From assembly GCF_001194135.2 (NCBI RefSeq), contig NC_068981.1, positions 123,664,130-123,713,824 of the forward strand: a stretch of 49,695 bases of DNA, given 5' to 3'. The notes under the pieces were generated by a model. That model saw nothing but the letters and a program-made list of their open reading frames with translations, was not told the DNA's origin and did no database searches. Shown piece by piece: positions 1 to 13,181 of the stretch. The DNA comes from Octopus bimaculoides (taxonomy: Eukaryota). The position numbers and the translations under genes were made by a program. The stretch's first letter is position 1. Every line of letters begins with the position of its first letter.

Positions 1-40
1 TAGCACATCCATGTTGTTATTCAGCCCGGTGCTGCTCTCT

Positions 41-51
41 TATTATTATTA

Positions 52-87
<36 letters not shown>

Positions 88-134
88 GCATTACTTTTAT
101 TATTGTCATTATTATTATTATTATTATTATTATA
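41..134. repeat. (ATT)n microsatellite
   Basis: Direct read; explains ORF 17..256(-) poly-Ile. Confidence 0.95.
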
Positions 135-290
135 AGACGGGGAGCACTATACTGACATCTCAAGACAAAGCTTTGGTCACGAACTGGAGAATCAATCTTT
201 TGGAATGAGAAAGTGTCTCCGTTGTGCCACATTTGTAATAGGATGGATGAAACCATTGCCTATATCACAAACGAATGCTACCTAACATAC
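135..290 (+). mobile_element. R4/Dong-type non-LTR retrotransposon fragment (CCHC-finger region), degenerate
   Basis: One + frame reads SPLCHICNRMDETIAYITNEC, matching the C-x2-C...ET(I)xH(I)xxxC finger of RLE-type LINEs; same motif as 47510-47860; lies between (ATT)n and (GAA)n tracts. Confidence 0.6.
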
Positions 291-304
291 TACCTAACAA
301 ATAC

Positions 305-368
305 GAAGAAGAAGAAGAAGAAGAAGAAGAAGAAGAAGAAGAAGAAGAAGAAGAAGAAGAAGAAGAAG
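305..368. repeat. (GAA)n microsatellite
   Basis: Direct read. Confidence 0.95.
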
Positions 369-369
369 C

Positions 370-532
370 TATAAAACAAATGAAGTTGAGAATTTTTTAG
401 GGTCCATGTACTGTCATGGACCCTAAGTAAGGCATGTGCAAAATTTGAATGAAATTGGTTGTCTAGTTCTTCAGTTTTAGGGATTCACACAGACAGACAC
501 ACAGACACACACACATCTTTATATATATAGAT
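370..532 (+). mobile_element. Helitron/Helentron-like non-autonomous element 3' end
   Basis: Perfect 12-bp hairpin TTAGGGTCCATG-tactgt-CATGGACCCTAA (397-426), then AAATTTGAATGAAATTGGTTG...TCTAGTTCTTCAGTTTTAG, an (ACAG/AC)n tract and TTTATATATATAGAT. This layout is typical of Lep1/DINE-1-like elements. Confidence 0.5.
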
Positions 533-2260
533 ACATGAGTGTGAGTACGTGCGTGCGTGTGTGTGTACGTGCGCGCGTGTCTGTGTGTGTGTGTAATATT
601 CTTTTTAAAACCTCTCTCCGAGATATGTCTTTGTTGCACAGATACAGATATTTTGCTATGTGATGTTTATTTGTACCTTTGTTTGTTCCCTGCATTGTTT
701 GTTCCCTGGTTTAAAATGTATGCATGTGGCTTTTAGAATTTCAACTTTAATAGTGACATCACCTTGACTACAGCAGCATGGATACATTTTAATTCCTGAA
801 TGCTGTCGGAACTGTGACCCTTTATTGGTACTATATTATCGACCCAAGTAGTTAATTTTTGGTACTATATTATTGACCCAAGTAGTTATGTAGAGTCAGA
901 ATAAAAAAAATTATGCCTGAATTTCCAGTTAAACTTTAGTTTGTCTGCACAAAGTTATAATTTTATTTTAGCTTCGGGGAAAATATTGTTTATGCAATTT
1001 TAAGCAATTTTGCTGTTTCTATGTATTCCTCCAGATACGTAAAAACATTGAAATCGTTTAGAGTTAGCCTTCTTATGACAAATTCGAATTTATTCTTAAA
1101 CAAATTATTACGTTGATTTTATATATTATGTTTCGTAAAAACATTACATTCAAAGATTCGGTTGGTGTTCATTGATAAAGTTTATTCTTGATTACTTTAA
1201 AAAAAGACGGTATCTACGTATAATCTTCGTAAGGTACATATACAGCTGGATATAATGTCTTAATCAGTTTCCATTTTGATTAATTTTTTAGGAAATACAA
1301 TTATTTCTGCTCTTACCAATTTACCACTTTCTGGCGTAGAAAAAAACTTTACTGTGATTATGTTAACGTTTTAAAATTATTCAGCGTACATCAAGGATGC
1401 AGCACTAAACCATCTGTAGGCTGTCATTGTTAATATTATTTAACAACTCTGATCTGAATGAGAATACGTACGATCGACGGTATTTCAGTGCTGAACAATT
1501 TTCTTTTTCTTACCATATTTTTTTTTTTGTAAGTTGAAGTATATCTAGAACTGCATTAGTCACTGTAAATTACCCTTTCAAGAAGTAATAATGGTTCCTT
1601 CTTTGATTTGAGCTGTCTTTAAGGTGTTGATATCCTACACTCCTGAGGGTATGACACACCATAAATAGTACATATCCTATTGGAACATTAAATCCTAGCA
1701 AATGTGATCTTCAACCAACTAGGTTCATGTCCAGAATTAAATCTCCAGAATTAAATCTCTAGATTTATAAACTTACTTGGGAATATGGAGAAATGATTAA
1801 TTCTATACCCATAAATTCTATTTTACAATTTCGCTATTGTAAAATATTAAACAATTCCTATCGTGCATAATAACATTGATATGAGAAGCATTAATCCGGA
1901 AAAATGTCAAAGCTTTATTATGGTCTTTTAGATATACTTTAACGGGGTATATAAATTTACAGAGTGGCTTATTGTTGATATAAGTGAAGCGTTTACTAAC
2001 TGATAGACAACTGATTCAAAATGGAAGAGAGTTAAACTATTTAATATTAAAACTATAAAACTTTAAACTTTTACTAACAGTTCCCGTTCCATCATTCTAT
2101 CACTTATCGTCTATTTCTAGGTTGGTAGCCTTTTTTTTCTTTTTTCTTTTTATAATCACTATACATATATAATATATAAATCACTATACATATAAGTCAT
2201 ATATACCATTGCATATCACTCTTCATATAATTGATATCTACCATTATATATAGTTTAAGC

Positions 2261-2340
2261 ATTGCTGGACAGGAAGTTCGCGCAGGAGAGCTAAATTATA
2301 TATAATTTAGCTCTCCTGCACAAACTTCCTGTCCGGCAGT
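2261..2340. repeat. 80-bp palindrome (40-bp arms, no spacer)
   Basis: ATTGCTGGACAGGAAGTTCGCGCAGGAGAGCTAAATTATA|TATAATTTAGCTCTCCTGCACAAACTTCCTGTCCGGCAGT; 2 mismatches and 2 G:T pairs. Confidence 0.9.
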
Positions 2341-2851
2341 CGCCATGATTGATCGATGACAATACATATATATACATATATATANNNNNNNNNNNNNNNN
2401 NNNNNNNNNNNNNNNNNNNNNNNNNATATATACGAGTACGTATACATGATTTGACACTTCCCTTTATCATACCTTTTAAAGGGTTTCTATTTCCTCTTCT
2501 AACTCTAAATAGCCATTAATTTTCAATCACGAATCATAGCCCAAAATTTCAATGGAAATTCGTTTTATGAACAATGAATCCGTCTTGCTTTCATAGAGCG
2601 TTTGATAGCCCATGCACATTCACTTACTAAATGCATTGCATTTTGTTAAATCAACTCAGTATTCATAATTTATGAATACTTACAAACTCAGTATTCACGT
2701 TAGTATAGCAATATGCCTCAAAAGATTCGGAACTTGAAATCCCAACCATTCTTGTAATAATTTTTTATCTAACTTGTTTGGTATTGAGTATTTTCAGCCC
2801 TAAATGTAATATTTGTACCTATTTACCATACATCAATCCATATACATGCGC

Positions 2852-2884
<33 letters not shown>

Positions 2885-3679
2885 TGTCTGTCTGTCTCTC
2901 TGTCTCTCTGTCTGCTTGTCTGCGTGTTTTAGTCTCTTCGAGAAACGAGAACACATTTAAGCACAACACAAATTTTCATATGATGTTTAGTCATTAACTT
3001 AACAAGCAAAGCATTACGTGAATTATTTTATTTATATTCATGATCGGTGTAATTTCAAAGTGGATTCTTTTACCTATTATCATCATCATTGTTTACATGT
3101 TACTTATCATCACAAAATGTTTTGTTTGGCAATGTTTTTCAATTATGTTTACGTAAAACCTGAAAGTGAGATCAAATAAAAAGACCATATTATACTCGAG
3201 AGAAATAAACGTTTCATATATATATATTTTTTATTCAAGTTAAATGAAAATACAATTACAAAATACAATTAGTTATTTTATGGACACGAATTTGCAATTA
3301 TCTTTAGAATACATCAAATGCAATATTTGAATGCGGAAATTAACTTAAATTTGAAATTTGCCGTTTTATATTGTCCTTCATATCAAGGAACAACAGACGC
3401 TGAGCCGATATATAAATACACAACTAAGGTTGTAAATATCGTTACTGCTGCAAACACGAAGTAGCAGAAATGTACATAGAAAAACAAAGCGGCAGGTAAT
3501 GATGGCGTATTACTTGTTAATACAAAATTGATGGCAACCACCATGCTTATAATTGCTCACAAAATCTTTAGCTCGTGTTCAAATGAATCTAAATTGCTGA
3601 TATCTCATGTACAGATACTTCCTTTCGAATAACAACTTGCTGATTGCTTAGATCGCTAGCATATTGAGCAAAACCTAGT

Positions 3680-3852
3680 AACCACTTGACTTAGCAACCG
3701 GGGCCTCATCTCAGTGGAGTTGGAGGCCCGATGTGCAATAATACAGTCGAGGGGAAAACCCCGAAACGGCACGCTTTCTCTCCTTGATGATCCCATAAGA
3801 TTGCTAGCATCCGGTATGCAGAGCTTGCAGCTGGTAACACTTGCATCTGCAA
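3680..3852 (+). mobile_element. Orphan relative of the Hero-clade element 3' UTR
   Basis: Collinear similarity to 44820-44973: AACCAxTTGAxxTAGCAA, GGGCCTCAT, CCCCGAAACGGC, TCCGGTATGC, CTGGTA, CTTGCATxTGCAA. Confidence 0.65.
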
Positions 3853-4201
3853 AAAATCTCAAGTACATTCTCCATCTAGGATGAAATTAAGTGTCGAAGA
3901 TATCACCAGTGATCCAACTGGACCATCCTATAGCTGAAGAGAGCTATATTAGCCCAAGAGATAAGTTTAAATCATCCAGCTGAAAAATACTTTTATAAGC
4001 AGGCAAACAGTCATCTCTAAATTGTTCTATACTTAAGTATAGTTCTATACTATAGGGTACCATGGAAAAGTACATTTCAAAATTCAAATTTTTATTGGGG
4101 TAACTCTTTCGCCTTACAGAGCACAGTTCGAATTATTCCATGAAAAGACTTGTCGCAGAAAGACATTTCCGACCGACGAAGCTCAATAGAATTCAACTGC
4201 C

Positions 4202-4356
4202 GGCGTAAGTGTGTGTTACGAAAATTGCTTCCAAATCACATGTTTCTGGGATCAGCCCTTCTGCGTGACATCTTGGGCAAATGTCTGCTTCTGTAGTCTC
4301 GGCCGGACCAAGGTCTTCTAAGTGGATTTGGTAGACGGAAGCAGAAAGAAGCCCGT

Positions 4357-4395
<39 letters not shown>

Positions 4396-4666
4396 ATGTA
4401 TGTATGTATGTATATATGTATGTATATATGTATGTGTGTGTGTGTATGTATGTACGTATGTGTGTGCGTGTGCCTTTGAGTCTGTGTTTGCTCCCCTCCA
4501 CCGCTTGACAACCGGAGTTGGTGTGTTTACGTCCGCGTAACCTGGTGCTTCTGCAAAAGGAACCGACTGGGTAAGTACCGGGCTTAACAAATAATTAAGT
4601 CATGGGGTCGATTCATTCGAGTAAAGATTCAAGGTTGCATGGCTAGCGAGTGAAACAAGTGAAAGA
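4202..4666 (+). mobile_element. tRNA-derived SINE (family B, with internal TA/TG microsatellite)
   Basis: Degenerate A/B-box head, TTGGGCAAATGTCT, GTGGATTTGGTAGACGGAA body, internal microsatellite and TGAAACAAGT tail; head also at 12136-12290(-), tail pieces near 27525-27580 and 30030-30075. Confidence 0.75.
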
Positions 4667-5441
4667 TATCAAATGTGAAATCCGAGATACACATCATGTG
4701 ATTAGTATACCAAAACCTGTGAAAGGTTTTTTTTTCAAAATTCAAATATTAACACACGAAATCTGTGATAGTCTCTATTTCAATATTCAAATATTAATGG
4801 TAGTCACTCGCGTCAGAGAAAGATGGTCCTGCATTTCCTTTCTAAACAGCCTGTACAGCTGCTATGTTTATAGTGATGAAATGCCTGTGTTGTACTTTAT
4901 ATCACTCCCTCTATCAAAACCTCATTGCCTGTTTAGCTGTACTGTGCACCACACGTCACATGTTGAAGTGATAACAGATCATCATTGAATGAATTGTTCT
5001 GGTAAAGAAGGCAACGCACCACCCAGTATGGAAAGTGAGGCCACGATCGCGTGATCATGACTGCAATACTCTTTCTTAACACTTAGCCACGTGATCTCAG
5101 ATTCGAATATTAAGCATCTAAAAATCATATATATCCCCTATCCTTCCATTATTTTTCCCTCTTATACTTATTTTGCGCGTTTTATTATTCTCGCCTTTCA
5201 TTAGTCATATTGATTTTTATTAGCAATATAGATTTCAGGTTTAGGCACTAAGCCAAATGTCTTCCCAATTTTAGAGAGAATTCGGGGAACAGTCGATTAT
5301 ATAGGTCACATTTCATAAACCTTTACTTTATTCTTGTTTAACTGATTCCGAAGGAAGAAATAACTTGGCAGGAAACAAATTCAAAATTGAAAAGAAGCTA
5401 TCTAAATTATTCGAGGCGGCGATAAAGAAATAAATTGGCAT

Positions 5442-5514
<73 letters not shown>

Positions 5515-5518
5515 GATG
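5442..5518. repeat. (GAT)n microsatellite
   Basis: Direct read. Confidence 0.95.
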
Positions 5519-5649
5519 CGGTTGTTGTTGCTTGCTCCTGGTTAGCACTGATCAAGCAGACTTGCGAACAATTTTTTCTAACTGTGATCAGCCCATCGTT
5601 TTCCTGACAAATTATATATAACTCTACGTTATCCAGTGTCCTTCATTAT

Positions 5650-5860
5650 TTAATATGATATGGGTGTGATCGGGCGATGCTCTGACTGCTGTATTAGCAA
5701 GTTGAGTGTCAATTTAGAGGTTCTCTCTTGATTTGTGTGCGAGTTGTGACTTATTTTGTTGGAACATCTGTCAGAGTAAGGTTGAGAATGTAATTTCCTT
5801 GTGTTGATGCTCTTATATTCATGTGTTGGAATATTTTGCAGATTGAGTCATCCGACAATG
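5650..5860 (-). mobile_element. Possible APE-endonuclease remnant of a LINE
   Basis: Minus strand reads FQHMNIRASTQGNYILNLTLTDVP and, after a frameshift, SPDHTHIIL, resembling the TRGxxILDLxLT...SDH motifs. Confidence 0.35.
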
Positions 5861-7396
5861 TCAGTTGTTCGACTACCTAACTAGTATTAATGGTAGACAT
5901 TAAAATCAGTAATCACATTACAGATTGTTCGCCAAACACATTTCTCTTTGAGAAACTACTTGAATCTAGATATTCAAGTATATCGATTTTAGCACTATGT
6001 GGCTTTGAATTATCACCGACAAGGAATCTTATTCAGTATTGAAAAGAACATAAATATTTACTGACACATCAATAGAAACAGTAAAATTAGTCTTACCATG
6101 ATACATTCAGTGATGTAAACCAAAAAGATTTTTCCTCAATGCACGATCTGCAATAAACACCATCATGGTATAGTGTATAATTAAAATGTTTGTTTAGTTG
6201 AAAACATTGCTTTTTTATTTCAATGTCACAATACTGACAATGTACTTTGTTATTACTTCCCAGATTTTTAATAGGTTTGCATTTAGGGACTCTAAGATAA
6301 AAATATCGCTTTTAGCATCAGAATAGGAAGATATTGCTATTGCGTCACAAGAAATTAATTTAATTAATTAATTAATTAATAACCTCTTCACGGTCAATCG
6401 ACGTGCAAGAATTAGCAACCAAACGTTCCGCAAATTTTAGCCATTTATCTTACAGTGGGCAATGTATTTACTGGTATACAAAAAAAGAAGGGTAATCAAG
6501 GATGCAATACCCTTCATTATCAGGCTGGCGGGGTCGAACTACAACGAGATACATTATTCATTGAATTCTTTAAAAATAATGTAATTATGTTGTTTATTCG
6601 GAAACTAGAAAAAGAAAATTTAAGAATACTGAAGTATTAAATACAGGTTTGTAATTATCGAACCACCATTTGCGTTACGTTTAACTAGTTGTATAATAAT
6701 ACATGTTAGCTTAAGCTGAATTATCCATCCATAAAATTTAAAATGAAAATGGGATTTCATTATCTTGATATGTATTGTAGTTTAATCATAAAACATAAAA
6801 AGGTATAAATCAGACTGATTTCTAGTTGATGATCTGGAAAATGATAGAAAGAATATAAGAAATTTCTTTGAGTGACGTGTTAGCGTATCACTAACGTCAT
6901 TGGAAGTTTTGCTTTTTCTCTTTCAATATTGAATATATTTCAACTTCCGAAGATTTAAATCATGTTAAAATAGACGGGAAATCAATAAGCTGATCTCGCA
7001 TCGTATAAGAATTCATCTAACACCGTACATAAATAATACAAAGTGAAGGCGTCAAAACTTTTCTACTGATTCCGCTAGTGATAAATGAAAAATAATTCTT
7101 CTACTTGTCCTGAAATATATTCCTACATTTTAACATTCGTTATGTATTCTAGATTATTTTCATTTGCTCTTTCATATTTTGTGTTTATCGTGGAAGAGAT
7201 ATAAAAGAGATTAGTTTTATCTCTTTCATATAATGACAGATTATCACATTTTGTATTGTTACAAGTTATCAGTCAGGTTCAAACATTTCACACCTGATGT
7301 ATATATATATATATNNNNNNNNNNNNNNNNNNNNNNNNNNNNNNNNNNNNNNNNNNNNNNNNNNNNNNNNNNNNNNNNNNNNNNNNNNNNNNNNNN

Positions 7397-7437
<41 letters not shown>

Positions 7438-9394
7438 GAAGAAAAGTAAAATATAAATAACGTTTTCACTGTATTTTGTATGTTTTCTAATGTACTCAAA
7501 ATCAACGGAAAACTACAAACGTAGATGTGCTACAAAAGCAGTAAGACTTCCGCAAAGAATTCTTTGCATCCAATTTAATTACAGTGTATATTATACCTAG
7601 AGTGTATTGTTAGTAGTTGGTAGTTACATTTCAGATTTATCTTTATTTCTTTATGGGAAACGCAGTTGGATAACGACAATAAATTTAGGTTAATTTGTTA
7701 TAAATAATACCCATTTGTTTAATTCAGAGTGACGTAGATCCATCTCTCCTATATGTATAACAAAAGATAACTATGTTTCAATTCTTCAAATTAGAGTTGG
7801 GAAAGGAAACCTATACCTGTTCGCTCAACCTGGTAGAAACACTGTCTTAATAATCATAAGATACGTTGAAAACGTGCCTAAAAATAAAATACGAATGACT
7901 GGAATGCTTTGATAGTAGAACTCGATCAAGTGTCCCCTAGACTTAATTAACGACACGAAACTGGAGAAAATGTGAGAAGTGCTGATGATGGATGCGATAA
8001 TGTTTCACACACTATTCTAATGGTCGATCGTTTGTATAAAAGAAAATGTTGTTGTTGTTGTTTTTGGTGCCTATGTTTAACTTCATGTCAGCTTTGATTC
8101 AGAAAACTATAATGTAAAGAGATTCAATCATTAACACATGCCATCTTGTTTATTTATAGGATGTATAATTTCTCTAAGACAGCAGAGAGTAATTTCAGCG
8201 AGTTTAATGAAAATCCTATCCTAATAGGTGAAGCTACAAAAAAGGTTACTTCTTTTCTTTGAGAAGAGAGATATGGTTAGAACTGTTGTATTTAAATACC
8301 AATAGTATAGTTCCTCATTTTAAAGGATATGCTCGCTTATTAAAGCCCATGTAATTCACTAAACGATCAAACGATCAAACGACAGATGGGTTTTTTCTCT
8401 TAAGTGACTTACTTTTACAAGATTAGTAATTTTGATAGGAATAATTAAGAGACACAACATTTCAGATTCTTTCATGTCGTTTGGATTAAGAATGTGTCAA
8501 AGATTCTGTTAGGATAATCGAGGAAGGTTATAGTTACATGGGATTCTTCAGAATTGACATTTACATTTTCTAGCGTTTAGTTTGGATCTTGTTAGTTTGT
8601 AATCAATTCTCTTTATAAAGCCTGGATGATGTCACGCCTATCCTATTTTCCAAAATTCTTTAACAAAGCTTTAACCGCAAATTATAAACACTATAGAAAA
8701 AATTAAACAATATATGTACATTTTTCCTGTATAGAATTCATCACTGATTAATCATATTTTCCCAACAAATGCTAAGTACCGTATTTTTGGTCTCTATGAT
8801 TCAAAACTTACTTTTCCTCTGAAGAATTTGATATCAGTGGAATTTTCATTGTCATCTTAAGATAACATTTTCAAAGTTTACTATATTACTAGGTTGGCAC
8901 ACTCCTTTGCAGAAGATATCAATATTCTTTCTCATTATAGCTTTCCCAGCCGAAGTTACGCATTCATATCTAAAACACACCCAACTGCATTTACACGGTT
9001 TAAAGAGAAAGAGACATCGGTTTAATTGTGACAAATCAACATTGCTAAATTACCCTCTCCTAATTTCAGTGATATTTCTAATTAATTACGAAGAGATAAT
9101 AAGAGATATTCAAAATCTGAAGCAACAACAGTAGAATTTTTCCTCGTATTATATTTGCTCGTGAGTATTTTACAATATCATAAAGAATTCGTATGAATTT
9201 CTAGTAAAGATTCTGCAATCCACCGCCCAACAACCCTATTGCTTGAATCACAGACCGGCAGTTTGCAGAATCGATATTACATCGGACAAAATTTGTTCCA
9301 GTATTTGTGTTGTGTTCAAATCTCGCTGAGGTCAACTTTGTTTTCCACCCTCCTTCGCAGGATGAGATGAAAAAAGTAAAATAGCAGTGAAATT

Positions 9395-9779
9395 TTGCTG
9401 GCACTCCGTCGCTTACGACGTCTAGGGTTCCAGTTGATCCGATGAACGGAACAGCCTGCTCGTGAAATTAACGTGCAAGTGGCTGAGCACTCCACAGACA
9501 CGTGTACCCTTAACGTAGTTCTCGGGGATATTCAGCGTGACACAGAGTGTAAGAAGGCTGGCCCTTTGAATTACAGGCACAACAGAAACAGGAAATAAGA
9601 GTGAGAGTAAGTTGTGGTGAAAGAGTACAGCAGGGTTCACCACCATCCCCTGCCAGAGCCTCGTGGAGCTTTAGGTGTTTTCGCTCAATAAACACTCACA
9701 ACACCCGGCCTGGGAATCGAAACTGTGATCCTATGACCGCGAGTCCGCTACCCTAACCACTGGGCCATTGCACCTCCAC
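9395..9779 (-). mobile_element. tRNA-derived SINE (family C), near full length
   Basis: Minus strand starts GTGGAGGTGCAATGGCCCAGTGGTTAGGGTAGCGGACTCGCGG with B-box-like GTTTCGATTCCC, followed by a ~300-bp body. Confidence 0.75.
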
Positions 9780-10163
9780 AGCAGTGAAGTAACAGGAACG
9801 ATTAATTTTACTCTTCTCACTTCCAAAGTGTGTCCTTACCCGACTGCCGTCCCTTGTTTTTAATGGCAACAAGCAGCAACTTCATCAGTGTAAGCAACTG
9901 GCTGTCCTAGTTCAACTCTGAGCAGACAGACGTATGACCAAAATTTTCCAGTCATGGTCATTCCAAAATATTTCCAGAAAATATATTCGAGAATATTTTA
10001 TCAAATATTAAAGACTTATAGTGACACGGTATTTCGTTAGGCAACCATAATATTCTACAAAGTATAATAAACGTTTTGGTAAGTCAACACCGTGTTCTAC
10101 TGTGTTAGCAGTGCTCTTAAATCATGTGTTAAGGTCATCTCTAGAGATTGTTCTTAGAAATTA

Positions 10164-11057
10164 TACGAGAGGTGCCCAAAAGAAACAGGAATTTTGCAAT
10201 ATTATTTTATTTACATGTTTACACTTTTATCGCGTTCAAAATATTCTCTATTTGAAGCAATGCATCGGTCCAGACGCATTTTCCACTGTTCGAAGCACTT
10301 CAGCAACTCTTGCGAAGTAATGCCTTTTAAGGCCTCCGTTGTTGCTTTCTGTATCTCTTCCACATCTGAAAATTCCGTAGTACCAGCTTTCTTCACCAGT
10401 GATGGCCTTCGAGAAAATGTCTGTATCAACATCCAACCCAACTTACAGTTCACGACACTCATTCAGTCGTGGCTGCTTTTGATCTTCTGTGAGCAAGTGC
10501 TGCAAAAGTTTTGTTGTAACTCTTTTCATTCGCAATTCCTCACTCGAAATTCAGTGGCAGGAGCTCAAGGATACACCAGTCACATAAACAAGTTCGTGAA
10601 TTGCTTGGCAATGGTCCAGCATTAGTTCATGAATTTTAGTGATGTTTTCATTCGTTGTTCGAGAGGTCGACGGTCGTCCTTAACGAGATTGGTCTCCAAG
10701 CTACAAATGTCCATTCCTAAAGCGTGAATACCACTTGTAAACTTGTGTTTTGCTCCTGGCAACGTCTTTGTGGGGTATTTGAAGTATGACAACTGTTACG
10801 GCTGTCGTTTTCCACAGCAGAAAAAGAATTTCACGGAAGCATGCTGTTTCTTCTTTTCAGTCATCGCAAAATTCGACGTATAGGGGAGAAGCACTGCAAA
10901 ACAAAGTCGCACCATATGTCAGTACGACTTCAGTGGACGACATCGGTAGACTGATGGCTGAAGGTTGCATCAAGTGTGCTTCTTGTGGCGAAACCTGAAT
11001 TACAATTGGCTTGTCCCACGGAGAACGTTTCCGGTTACTTTTAGGTACTTCCTTGTA
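10164..11057 (-). mobile_element. Internally deleted mariner DNA transposon (transposase pseudogene)
   Basis: TA-flanked imperfect TIRs (TACGAGAGGTGCCCAAAAGAAACAGGAA vs TACAAGGAAGTACCTAAAAGTAACCGGAA). Minus frames give YKWYSRFRNG..GRPSTS..ITGEESWYYG joined directly to FSDVEEIQKATTEALK..CFEQWKMRLDRCIASNREYFE; multiple stops. Confidence 0.9.
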
Positions 11058-11921
11058 GCCAGCACTGATATTTAAGCAATGAGTTCGTAGATGATTAATA
11101 GGTTAGATGGGTGTTAATGAAGGAACAAAAACTGTCGAAATATGGCACATATGCGCATTACCCATTTTTCATCTTCGATCTCATTGGTTGTTTATATCTG
11201 TCGTTTTAGATACGAATAATCGTAACAAAATTAGTGCTGGCTATAATTTCTATGTAAAATTTATAGAGATGACGTTAACACGTGATTTTATCAAATATGT
11301 CCATACATTTATAAGTTTTTATAAAATATGCCCATATGTTTTGCCATTTATATATATTTTTTTATCGAATATCTCCTTGTATTTATTATTTTTTTATCAG
11401 AAATGTCTTTCCATTAATAACTTAACTGGTTTTTTTTTCTAGCATGTCAAGCGACCACTCAGGGGTTCTCTTCTGTGTCTTGAACTGATAATGTAACAGA
11501 TACCAGTAGAAAATGCAATGCTCGGAAATATATTCATCTGTCTGTAAATACAGAGAGTCTGGTCATTGAAAGGAAAATTAATTTAATAAACTACTGAAAG
11601 TTTGGATAGGTTGGATGCCGCAGGGATACGAAAGTACTGTAGTTGCGTTATTCTTCAGAGAGAGAAATTTAAATGTTTAGATAAGCTATGAGCAGATACG
11701 TCTCCCAATGGCATGCGAATCTATCTAAATTTGCAAACATTCTTCGACTGTGATAACTTGTATAATTACGTCTAATTGCAGAGGATTTGATATGTAGCAA
11801 CGCTAGCAAGAGACTGCAACGTTAACACGTATAAAGTATTTCCAATCAATTTCTTTAGGCCATACTATGTGTTTATTTACGGTCTTATAAGAATGAAAGA
11901 TATATCAGTTAACACCAGTGA

Positions 11922-11952
<31 letters not shown>

Positions 11953-12135
11953 GGTGGTGGTGGATTATTAGGAACTGTTTCAATAAGGCTGTAATGGGAA
12001 GTAACAGTTGTAGTNNNNNNNNNNCTGTAATGGGAAGTAACAGTTGTAGTGTCAGTTGTAGTGATTATGCTTGTTTTCATGCTGTTGCTGTTCTTTTCTT
12101 TCTGATATATATATATATATATATATATACAGGAG

Positions 12136-12290
12136 GAACTTCCTTCAGTTTGTGTCTACCAATTCCAATCACAAGGCTTTGATCGGCCAGAGGTTATGGT
12201 AGAAGGAATATTCCCAAGCTACCACATGGCAGGACTGAACCTGAAACCATATGGCTGACGTGCAAACGTCTTACCACACAGCTTACCGCA
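12136..12290 (-). mobile_element. SINE family B 5' half, truncated at a (TA)n tract
   Basis: Reverse complement matches the 4202-4360 head. Confidence 0.65.
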
Positions 12291-13181
12291 GACAACAAAT
12301 CATTTTCTATTCCAAATAGTGAATAAACATGAACAATTGTCACGTCACATGAAGAAGGGAACAAACGAGAATATTCTATAATACGAGAACACATAATATG
12401 AGAACATCCATCAATAATATATAACAGTTGTATTTTCTGTTTCTAATGATATCATTGTTTAGCATGGTCTTCTCTCATAGGCAAGCCTACTATGATACTA
12501 CTGTTCGTTGTAATCATGAAAATACCGTCCGATTTTCAGACTGCAGGGAATGATTATGAAATTTCGCCGCAATTTCTTGCAGGTCCAATAAACTCGCAGT
12601 ATATTTTTTCTTTAATTTAATTTATCTCGATATTGTCCTAACACGACTCAGATTACGGGTAAAGGAGTCGAAACTTTGAAATTGCTGGTATTTTAGGAAC
12701 GTACGGTTATATTATAGAATGCATAACGCAGCAGGTTTTTAGCTGTGGATAATTTGGCTGCTACTTATAGCAGTTCGGATGATTACAAAGAGAGAGGGGT
12801 TCTCCTATTGGCTTTTTTACTGATGCTATATTTGACTGTCTATATATGACTGTCTTACATATTGTAAAACGTAACGAAAATCTTATCTCATTATGCCGGA
12901 AATTATTTCCCAGGTCAGTTGCTGACTCTCTACAAAACCCAGGCGATATTCACTTTGAGATACTTTCTACATCAGTAGGATATGGTCACATGAGCACACG
13001 CACGCACGTGCGCGCACACACACACAACACACACACAACACGCACACACAATGACACACACACATATACGTATATTGTACTTTGACAAGAAAGAAAGTAA
13101 CAGTGATTTCGAAGTTTCCACCAGCCAACCTTCGTCGAAAGTTAGTACATTTGGGTTCCTCTTATTGTTATATTGTTTCTG

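Noticed and set aside
805-890. ~34-bp tandem duplication TTGGTACTATATTATyGACCCAAGTAGTTA
   Set aside because: Local duplication of a SINE-tail-like fragment; unremarkable
3656-3868. 70-aa minus ORF MYLRFFADASVTSCKL...
   Set aside because: Antisense to the Hero-like 3' UTR motif; no splice context or known homology
4120-4210. Candidate 85-bp exon (cag|...|GTAAGT) with open frame HSSNYSMKRLVAERHF...
   Set aside because: The apparent donor is the start of a SINE head; peptide not recognised
11986-12050. ~26-bp duplication CTGTAATGGGAAGTAACAGTTGTAGT on both sides of a 10-N gap
   Set aside because: Typical unmerged contig overlap
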